Positions 53,752 through 64,000 of a DNA stretch of 64,000 nucleotides are shown here, piece by piece. Below the pieces are notes generated by a model, which made no database searches, had not been told where the DNA came from, and saw only the letters and a program-made list of their open reading frames with translations. The stretch is from Octopus vulgaris (lineage: Eukaryota). Both the position numbers and the translations under genes were made by a program. The stretch lies in the NCBI GenBank assembly GCA_951406725.2, contig OX597814.1, forward strand, positions 17,298,001-17,362,000, in the 5' to 3' direction. Position 1 is the stretch's first letter; each line of letters begins with the position of its first letter.

Positions 53752-54189
53752 ACCACACTTTCCGTTTATCTCTTCTCAATCATAAAGCATTGATTGACAA
53801 GAAATTCCGATGGAAGATTCTTACACTAAGTGTCACGCAGTAGGATCATTATCAAAATGTCTGATATGTTAAGAGAGCTTGAAAAACTTAAATACTTTGT
53901 GATGTGGTATAACAATTTCAAATAGAAAAATAAAGCGCAAGCTGTTGAATTGAACTGGGAACCAATTTTGCAAACTTCGTGTTACAAACTGAGATAAAAT
54001 AAAAATTGCTGTTGTGTAGTAGAATATGCACGAGCGTTTCTGTCTCTATATGAATGCACGTCTGCGTGAATACTTGAGCGTGTATGTGTTATATGTATGT
54101 GTTTGTGTATAGTATATATATATTTATGTATATATGTATATATATATATATATATATATACCTATACACACACGTATATATATATATAC

Positions 54190-54250
<61 letters not shown>

Positions 54251-54259
54251 CACACACGT

Positions 54260-54335
<76 letters not shown>

Positions 54336-54902
54336 ACATGTATATACATACATATATTTCTAATTATCTCGACATTTTAGCTTGCAGCTCAAATTAATGG
54401 CTTAATAATGAAAGCTTTCGCAAACACGTGTGCACGCATATACATATACATAAAGCGCGCGCGCACACACACACACAGACGCACACGTGTATCTATATAC
54501 CTGCGTTAGTTGTAAAAGGTGAGTGGATATGCGTAAACTTTTAATGACAACTAAATGAAAAAATTTATTGAATTTTCGTTAATACTTTGTCTTAGAATTT
54601 CCCGCTAGTGGCCAAATTACTACACATATTTTCATTTGAACATGTACATTTACTTACATGCCTATACACTCATGCATACATACATACAAACATATATAGG
54701 TGTGTGTGTGTGCGTGTGTGCGTACGTATCTGTGTGTATATGTGCGTGTGTTTGTGTGTGTGTGAATGGGTATGCGCGAGGGATGTGTATTTTTCTGTAT
54801 GTGTATGTATACATGCGTTGAACTTCTCTTAACAATTATGAGCGCATGCATATATGTGTGTATGTATGTATATATGTCTATATATGTATATATGTATGTA
54901 TG

Positions 54903-54948
<46 letters not shown>

Positions 54949-55256
54949 TATATATATACATATATATATATATTAGTTGATATATCTATTGATATATGCG
55001 TGTATGCATTTTTATATATATGTATACACCCCCACTCACATATACACACAAGCACGCATTCACACTCACACGCACATATATATCATGTGTGCATGTGTGT
55101 GTGTGTGTGTGTGCGAGCGTGTGTGTGTGTGTATTGTTCATCCGTGTAGCAGCTTGTATGTTTTTTCTATAATTGGCAAATAGCTAAATTGACCACTAAT
55201 TAGGTGTGATGTTTATACATACATATATATATATATTTATATTTATATGCATACAT

Positions 55257-55308
<52 letters not shown>

Positions 55309-55394
55309 CACGAACTCATATAAAGAATCTTGCAAACTAAACCCAAAAACGAAATATATATACACACATGCATAACTTATATATCTGTTTATAT

Positions 55395-55488
<94 letters not shown>

Positions 55489-56616
55489 CGTACATAAATA
55501 CATGGATATTACGTACATACATACATTGTACACTCACACAGATCTGAATACGCGTATATATACTTGGATATATTCACATTGCTCGCAACAGTTATGGTAA
55601 GTGGGTGTATATGTAAGCAGTATATTATACGATTCAATGTATTCAAACAGAGCCATGCACGTTTATTGAATTAACCAGTGTTAAGAAAAAATTGATTAAA
55701 GAAAAAGTCTGTACAATATTAAACAGGAAATAAAAACAATAAGTACCACAATGGTATATTAAACAAAAATGATAGATTCGTACAACACTCAGAAAAGTGT
55801 GTTCTCTGTGTGTATACTCCTGATATATTTTTAACGATTAAGATGATGGAGAATGTATATGCGTGTACTCTTGGGCCAATTATTTCATGCTAAATCAGAA
55901 GGTATAATGAAACACAGTGATAAATATATAAAGGCAAAAAGAAAAAAAAAATGGTAGCCGGACGCATTATGCAAATTATCTCCACATCTATAACCAAACA
56001 CATTCTAGAATATATCATCAACGTACCTAATTTATTCGGTTTGAGAAAGTTAATTTCGTTAAATTGTTCTATTAGAGACTAACAGGGTTGTAATTAGTTT
56101 ATTTGCTAATGATATTATACCAGAACTCCTGTGGCATTTTAAGAATATTGATTTTAGCACAGCAATCCTCCATTTCATCATTAAAAACAAAAGAATTACT
56201 CTCCTAATGTAGCTAGGTGCCTCTGTCCCATAAGCTCATTCTTTTTCATTGTTTCCTTTCTCTCTCTCGTTTCACTTTCTTCCCGCCCCACCTCTCTCCC
56301 TCTCTGCAACAAATTCAGAGACAGATAGAGAGGCAGACTGACAGACTGGCAGACTGACAGACTGACAGACTGACAAAGGGACAGAGAATCTAAGTGTTAT
56401 TCTTGGTGCATGTTTGAGAATATGTATGGTTAAAGTTTGTCAATGTATCTGATTTCGTATTTAAATGAATGTGCGTCAGTGTGATAATTATTGTTGTTTT
56501 GCTTTCGCCAACCTTGATCCTGCAGTTTCCACTCATGACCATCCCGACGTTTTTATATACCTAGACCTACGTTAACTAACGTGTTCTGTTCTTATATAGA
56601 ATACAGAGTGTGATAA

Positions 56617-58823
56617 CACAATGTAACACATATTTTGTTTATTTGTATATTTTAATGTTCATATATGCAATTTTTGTCACTAAATTCAAAAATCACATTC
56701 GTTTTGACATAACATCGATAGTTATTTATTTATTCCTAATTTCATATTTGCTCGTTATATTTATAACTTTTCTCTACAGCACTTTATTCTAGTATTCTAG
56801 TATTTTAAGGATAATTACACAACATTTAGTACTTTTTCATATATTGGAAGGTATTTAGGAAGTATAATATTAGTTAGAACAAAAAGAAACAATAAAACTC
56901 TGCATTGTAAATGCCTTGATAACTCTTTTCTTAAGATGAGAAGTGCTTTGACGATCGAGGTTTTCTAGAGTGTATACCTTCATCTCTTCTGACTAGAGAC
57001 CATTAATAATTTCCCATCATAGCAGTATCCCATCGTCCTTGGTATCTTCTTTCCATAGTTGCGATGCCCTGATGTAATCTCTCACCATGCTCCTCACTGA
57101 CATCACCCACGTTTTCGGGGAAAATCTCCAGCTGAGAGTGCAAAAAATGAACCTTTAAAGACATACGACAACCCATTTTCTTGAAGTTTTCTGTAAGCTT
57201 TGCTACCAGCTGTTTGTAATTAGGATCTTTGTGATTTCCTAGGAATCCACGAACTATATCACGAAATGCACACCAAGCTTCTGTTTTAAATTTTGTCATC
57301 GCTCTTTCCAGTTTCTTCAACTTTAACATTGCATTTACTTGGGGCCCAACAAATATGCCACCCTTGATCATAGCCTCAGATAGCTTTGGAAACATAGACT
57401 AATTTCTTGTAAAGCTTCTCCTCTAAAATCTAAAGCCTTCCCAAACTGTTTTACCAATCCGAGTTTGATATGAAATGGGAGTAATAAGATTTTGCTGGAA
57501 TCTCCTAGAGGCTGTTTGAGAACATTTAACATTCCTGGCTGCAGTTCCACTCATGGGGGCCAATGTACTCTCTTGTAATGTTCATCATCAGCTCTGCTGT
57601 TACATAAGCAAAGGAAACATGAATACTTTGTGTATCTCACTTGCAAGCCAAACAAGAAGGCAAGCATCTTGAAATCACCACAAACATCCCACTTGAACTC
57701 AGCGTAATTTATTTTGTCGAGAAGTTCTTTGACATTATCGTAATTTTCTTTCTTTTGTATGGAGTGTGCAAGAGGCAAAGAAGAAAATTTATTTCCACCG
57801 TGGAGCAACACTGCTTTGAGATTTCGTGTTGAGCTGTCTATGAACAGTCGCCATTCTGCAGAATCATGCTTGAGTTCAAAAGCAGTAAACAAACCAATCA
57901 CATCTTTACAATAACACAGATCATTGATATTTTCGTAGTAAATTTCAAATTCTTCATGGCGTTTCAGGTACACAAATGTCTTGCTGTTCCTTGCCAGTAG
58001 ATTCCATCCCTTCAACCTTGATGAAAGAAGTTCAGCTCCTGACTCTGTAAGACCCAGATCCCTGATTAAATCATCTAGCTCACTTTGATTTGGAAAGTGA
58101 GGCTCCGAAGTCGTTCTTGGTATGAAAGCTTCCACAATTTTTTTGTCTGCTGCTACTTGTTGACTCTTCAGATGAAATATTTTCTGGTGGTAGGGGCACT
58201 CGTAAACTGTCATCATGTGGGACAGGTGCTCTAGATGGTGGTATGTCTGGATACTGAAGAGCTTGTCTTCCTTTCACTTTTCTGTACTTTGTCACATCGA
58301 TCATCGGATTGGTAAAACAGTCATCGTGATGGTTCTTTGGCTCTCTCCATACCCTTGAAATGGCAAAAAGCATTGACCTTCCTGTACCTCTTAACCATCG
58401 ACAGCTTCCACATATCACATGTGGGGCCCATGGTTTGTCCTGGTCACCATGGGAATTCCGAAATAGAGTCCGTATGCTATCCACAATTTGGCACCTTTCG
58501 CGATCTTATGTAACATCTGCTTTTTTCCAATATAATAACCACACACATAGCAAAATGTATCTGGAGAATTTTTACATATTCTAGTAGCCATCCTGAAAGT
58601 AGCAGAACTTAGTAAATGGTCTGAAAGAGAAAATTAGACATACATTTAGTAGCGGAACATCATAACAATACCGAATACATAATAACATTGAAAGTCGACA
58701 TATTTTTTAACTGTTGATGATACACAAGAAATTATTAATTTTTGGAATCAGCAGAAAAAATGGATTGATAAACAATAAAAAAATACAATAAACAAATTTT
58801 TTTTTGAAAATTGTTACGTTGTG
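56617..58823 (-). mobile_element. Full-length Chapaev3-type (CMC) DNA transposon with decayed transposase
   Basis: GDQDKPWAPHVIC..WREPKNHHDDC..EWRLFIDSS..GDFKM..HIKLGLVKQF..MSLKVHFLHS..VSEEHGERLHQ..MERRYQG. TIR cacaa(t/c)gtaaca; TSD TAA on both sides. Confidence 0.88.
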
Positions 58824-58939
58824 TAATTCGGAAATAAAACTGATATTGGAGAAAATGTAGGAGATAACGGCTTGTTGCTAGCTCTGTGTGTGTTTATGTA
58901 TGTATATACATATAAATAAATAAATACATATATATATAT

Positions 58940-58970
<31 letters not shown>

Positions 58971-59172
58971 CGCGTGTGTACCGTTGACGATTTTTTTCCT
59001 CCGTCTTCCCTTCTCTGGATCTTTCCTTTTCCTATGTTTCTGACGAAGAGCTCCGCTCGAAACGTAAAACCCTCCTTCTTCCCTTCCTTCATGAGCGCCC
59101 AATAATACTATATTTGTTCCACGTCCTCGCGTTGTTGTGTTTTCTCTTGGTGTTTTCATGTTTGGATTAACT
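58971..59172 (+). mobile_element. ~200-bp PLE-derived repeat in (TA)n carrying an HHR
   Basis: (TA)n on both sides, pyrimidine-rich body, HHR at 59036. Confidence 0.85.
59036..59070 (+). ncRNA. 35-nt minimal type I hammerhead ribozyme, intact core
   Basis: guuu-CUGACGA-a-gagc(ucc)gcuc-GAAA-cg-UA-aaac; cleavage triplet GUA. Confidence 0.88.
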
Positions 59173-59186
59173 ATATATATATATAT

Positions 59187-59400
59187 ATGTATTGCAATGA
59201 ATTGGACAGCGACAATGCAGATCTCCCACTACACTGTAATGTCCGTTGGATTAGTCAGGATAATGTTTTGACCAGATTTGTTTTATGTTTTGCTAAAATT
59301 AGATATTTTTTGGTGCTTGTTAGCCTGAATAGGCTGACGAGTTCCATCTGCCCGGTATACATCCATAAATATCATGTCTGATAAAATAAAGAGATATCAA
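59187..59400 (+). mobile_element. hAT (Charlie-type) transposase fragment
   Basis: DLPLHCNVRWISQDNVLTRFVLCFAKIRYFL matches the hAT-Charlie 'L..H..VRWLS.G..L.RF....EI..FL' block. Confidence 0.75.
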
Positions 59401-59478
59401 GGAAACTACCAGAACGCTCTATATTTTAAGACGTTTTGAATTGGAACTAAGTTAGGGTAAAGCAAATTGCATAATGTA

Positions 59479-59880
59479 GGCGCAAGCGTTGTTGTGTGTT
59501 AAGAAGCTTGCTTCCCAACCACATTGTTCCAGGTTCAATCTCACCACACGGCAACTTAGGCAAATGTCTTCTAGTATGGCTTCTGGCCAACCAAAGCTTT
59601 GTCAGTGGAATTGGTAGACGGAATCTGAAAGAAGCCCGATGTCTACGTGTGTGTCTTTGTGTCTGTGTTTGTCCCCTCACCACCGCTTGACAACCGCTGT
59701 TGGTGTGTTTATAACCACCTAACTTAGCGTTTCGGAAAACCCGAGAGAATAAGTACTAGGCTTAGAAAATAGATCCAGGAGTTGATTTGTTGGACTAAAA
59801 CCCTTCAAGACGGTGCTCCATCCTGACCGCAGTCAAATGGCTGAAACAGGTAAGAGGTAAATAGTAAAAGAATAAAAGAA
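59479..59880 (+). mobile_element. SINE family A, older full-length copy
   Basis: Collinear with the 47503 copy. Confidence 0.88.
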
Positions 59881-59895
59881 CAACAAACAATACCA

Positions 59896-60117
59896 AAGTA
59901 AACCTTCGACTGTCGTGGGTGTTACGATTCATGACACCCCGTGATAGGTGAAAATCCGTGATCTAGAATCAGTACTGTACTGTATATTTTTAATATTATT
60001 TTTATAATTTGTATATATCTGTTTTATTATAAATGCAAAACAACATCACGGGGAAATCGACGTAAGCTTAGATAATAAACCGCGACAGGTGAACCGCGAT
60101 ATCGTGAGGTATTACTG
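59896..60117. mobile_element. Tigger/pogo-like MITE
   Basis: Right end gaaccgcgatatcgtgaggtattactg-TA; degenerate left TIR agtaaaccttcgactgtcgtgg. Confidence 0.7.
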
Positions 60118-60550
60118 TATTTATTATAATGTGACATAAATCATCAATATGATACAACACGTTCATTTCATTGATTAGGTAGTAAAGGGCAAAAATTTCT
60201 TGAAGTGAAAAAAAAAGTGGGGGGGGGGGAAGACCAACTTAAGCGACACTTCTAAGAATCAAAAACACATCAGCCATGACATAGGTTTAGAAAATAAAAT
60301 AAAATCAAGTTCAAAAGTATTATACATAAAAAAAGTTAGGTGCATGTTATATGAATTTCAACATATTGGTTTCATATTTTTTTCTTTTCAGTTTCTAGAT
60401 ATCCATGTCGCTGTTATTTAGACTCTTGGAGCAAATAATTTTAACATAAAGCCTCTGTTAATCTTATGGGCATTAATGTGATATAGGTGGCATATATTAG
60501 GTTACGTGGGTCCTTATAGCATATATACGTAAGTCAGTGTGTGTGTTAAT

Positions 60551-60598
<48 letters not shown>

Positions 60599-60774
60599 GC
60601 TGAGACTCACAGGAGAGGGAAAGGAATTGTAATAAAACAAAATTTAAATGAATGCAGCATGCACTGAAATATTTGAATAGAGCTACATCAAAAACTGCTT
60701 ATAAAAATTCTTGTTTATATATGTACATAGGCATAGGTGTTTGTGTGTGTCTGTGTGTGTGTATGTGCGTTGCT

Positions 60775-61400
60775 AGAGTAACGAAGCTAAAGATCGCTGA
60801 GTAAAGCTGCTTGGCACAGATTGACTCTGAACTCTGTTGTACATGCGCTCTAAGTTTTAACGTTCTAGCTCACTTCTACTGTTTACAGCAGTCCTTGGAA
60901 TTGACGTGTGTAGCGTGTGATTGAACAAAGAATCTGCATCAAACTTAACAAAATGCTTGGCGATACCTACTCAGAGGGCGACGCAAAGTTTTCAGAAAGT
61001 TTTCATCGTTCTTGACACAATGAAGGAGATCTAGTGCAACTGAAACCCGAGTGGCTTTTTGGTCAACTGAAAGCAGATTTGCCATAAAGTTAGTAGACAC
61101 GCGTCTCATACCCAAATCTTCAGCGATAATGGACTGAACTGAACCGTAACAAATCTGCACACCCTCTGATAACTCACGGATTGTGAATCGACGATTTCTA
61201 CTCACAGCAACACGCTCATCTGGGATATTTTGCTCAGTTCTACTGGTTGCAGGTCTCCCAGAATGTTCGTTACTATCTACACTTTTCGGCCATCTTAGAA
61301 ACGTCTGAATCACTCGTACACTTGTGTGCAGCTCATGCACTCCTCTCCATACACTTTCTACAACTTTGTATAGGCTTCTGAGTAGGTATCACCAGTTATT
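60775..61400. mobile_element. Rearranged mariner N-terminal fragment
   Basis: Minus: GDTYSEAY..VYGEECMS..HSGRPATSRTEQNI..RRFTIREL..DLGMRRVS. Plus-strand 5' piece EQRICIK..LGDTYSE. Confidence 0.8.
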
Positions 61401-61764
61401 CTTGAGTGCGACAGGTAACATGTAATCCATTACAATCTGTTGAATGATCGGGTCGTAAGCGACTAAACTTGCAACTACACCGAGCTTGTTTCGTGAAGAG
61501 GGTCATTGTTGGTCACCCTTGCGGAACGAAAAATAAAACCCGTCAAAGGGTGAAGAAACCGATGAGTAGACAACAGCCATCCCAAAATCTTTACATAATT
61601 ATATATTGTTTGCGTATTTTTATTTTATTTATACTTTTAAATATTATATATTTATTGATATTTATATATACAATATATTTTTATATATATTATATTTATA
61701 TTTATATTTTATATTCTCCTTCTATGCATATATATATATATATATTTATATATATACATATGTA

Positions 61765-61800
<36 letters not shown>

Positions 61801-61820
61801 TATAACTTACAACTTCACTT

Positions 61821-61867
<47 letters not shown>

Positions 61868-62269
61868 CATATATTTATGTGCAAGTCGCCACAAATCTAT
61901 GACCAAGTAGTGGATCAAGGCATACCATTACTACTTGATCTGCGACGTATTCTGCATCTGACAAATGGCACACTGTGCACGAGTATAGATTATGCTTTCT
62001 ACATGGAAAAAGTGGGTTTTGTCCAGCACAAGCAAATGTCACTTTAAACAAACTCATATTTGTCCTTATGTTCAGTAACAACATAAGGACAAAGCAAATC
62101 CTACGGTGACGAAGTGATAGCGATGGGAACAAGTGGATAAAGAATTTGGTTGCAAAACATTTCTACGTTACACACTTATTAAAGGTGAAAAATAATATAC
62201 AGAAAAATATATAAAGCAATAAAATATATATAAGAAATATAAGTGATGTTAAGACATATGAAAGGCAGA

Positions 62270-62335
62270 CTTCAGCCCCGGCATCCGAAACTCTGAGTTT
62301 TATTATGACAACCAACTAATCGTCACATATTATAT
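62270..62335 (+). mobile_element. 3' half of the 7843-type HHR repeat
   Basis: cggcatccgaaactctgagttttattatg..gtcacatatt aligns with 8017-8070. Confidence 0.7.
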
Positions 62336-62354
62336 ATTTATATATATAATATTT

Positions 62355-62545
62355 GACACTGATAGATCGCTAGCCACTACACATTCTTCATTTTCTCTCC
62401 TTGTTTCTTTCTGTGTTCCTTTCTGTGGAAGATCGTAGGCTCGAAACGTTAAAGACTTTTTCAATTCCCGAGCGTTATACTAATACACCTGCTTGTTTTC
62501 TACACCACCTGTCTTCATCGTTTGTCGTTTTTCGTGAATTTTCCC
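62355..62545 (+). mobile_element. PLE-derived repeat with variant-core HHR (62419-62454)
   Basis: cuuu-CUGUGGA-a-gauc(guag)gcuc-GAAA-cg-UU-aaag; homologous to 24311-24512. Confidence 0.82.
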
Positions 62546-62975
62546 TATATATATATATATGTATATACATGTATGTATAGTTGTGTATGTGTATGCATGT
62601 ATGTATAATCATACATATGAATGTGTGTACACAGGACGGTAAGTTTGTAGGAGTCTGCTCAGTCTCTTCTTGATTAAAAACCGGTAAGATGTCGGGGTGG
62701 CTACAGAGATACAGGTAATTTAATAAATACCTGCAAGCATTCGTACATTCATGCGGACTATCAGATTTACACACAAGTACAGAGTAAGGGATACATAAAT
62801 ACATACATACGTGCATACATACATACATGCATACACAGATACATACACGCATGCATACATGCATGCAGGCATGCATGTATAAATACGTACATTAGTGGAC
62901 ACATACAAACGTGTGTCTGCATGTAGTCACACCAGTAACTATTTCGAATAAATGGCGACCATGTCAAATTTGTAT

Positions 62976-63045
<70 letters not shown>

Positions 63046-63669
63046 CAGCAGTAATAGTAGCAGTAACACTGGTAGCTATAACAGCAAATACAATTATAAA
63101 ATTACTAAAATATATAAATAGACAAACGGATAAATCGTAACATAGGATATTTAGATCATAACTATAACACATAGTATCAAGTTATTAAACAAACCAAGCA
63201 GAGCTAAGGTTCAAAACATTTTTGGCTAATAAACGTATTCACAGAACATGGTTAAAAATCAATGACTCAAGCAATATTAAAAAATGAGTTCCATACCAAA
63301 AATTCGCTTTAATTTTTTTACCTTTTAAAAAGATCTTTATTTATTACATTATTTTTGTGAGACTATTCTCTTTCTTTTTTCTCATCTCTATATCATTTCT
63401 TTTGTTGTTTTTTTTTTTCATTTTCATGTCAGCTTCTTAATAAATATTCGGCGGCACACTAAAAACTTGAACACATACTCTCATCTTCACATATACATAT
63501 TCATATATGTCTACATACAGATGTGACTATATGTGTGTGTGTGTTTATAGACAGAAAGAAACTATTCGTATGTTGATGGGTATATGTATGCATGTATGTA
63601 TGTAAGTATGTATCTATCTATCTATGTATCTGTGTATGTACGTATATATGTATGCATGTATGCATATGT

Positions 63670-63712
<43 letters not shown>

Positions 63713-63714
63713 GT

Positions 63715-63800
<86 letters not shown>

Positions 63801-64000
63801 TAGATATATATACACACATATATATGCATACATTCGAATCATGGGTAGTGTGTATGTGTGTGTGTATACTGAAACTTAATGTTGCTGCATGTATCTGCAT
63901 GTATATATATACTGTTGTGAATGTGTGTATGTATCTTAATGCAAACGTGCAGCGAGTCACACATGTAAAACCTTGCAGATGTGTGTATGTTCGCACGCGC

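Overview
AT-rich, microsatellite-saturated eukaryotic non-coding DNA. The repeat families and composition look like an Octopus (coleoid cephalopod) genome; this is an inference. I found no host protein-coding exon I can support, and almost all listed ORFs are translations of (TA)n/(CA)n/(TAT)n tracts. The real content is mobile DNA: tRNA-derived SINEs (families A, B, C, C2 here), decayed LINEs (RTE, CR1, Tx1), Penelope-like elements (PLEs) with GIY-YIG remnants, Tc1/mariner, a full-length Chapaev3-type DNA transposon, hAT and Tigger fragments, and three copies of a non-autonomous Helitron. The main unannotated signal is about ten minimal type I hammerhead ribozyme (HHR) motifs from several short PLE-derived families, mostly inserted in (TA)n tracts and often in inverted-repeat arrangements. 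They include a fold-back double HHR, an HHR downstream of a tRNA-like Pol III cassette, and a family with a variant CUGUNGA core. Two insertions also carry ~100-120 bp copies of DNA from 1.1-1.4 kb away, and one SINE head is joined to four different tails. Coordinates were read by eye and may be off by a few bases.
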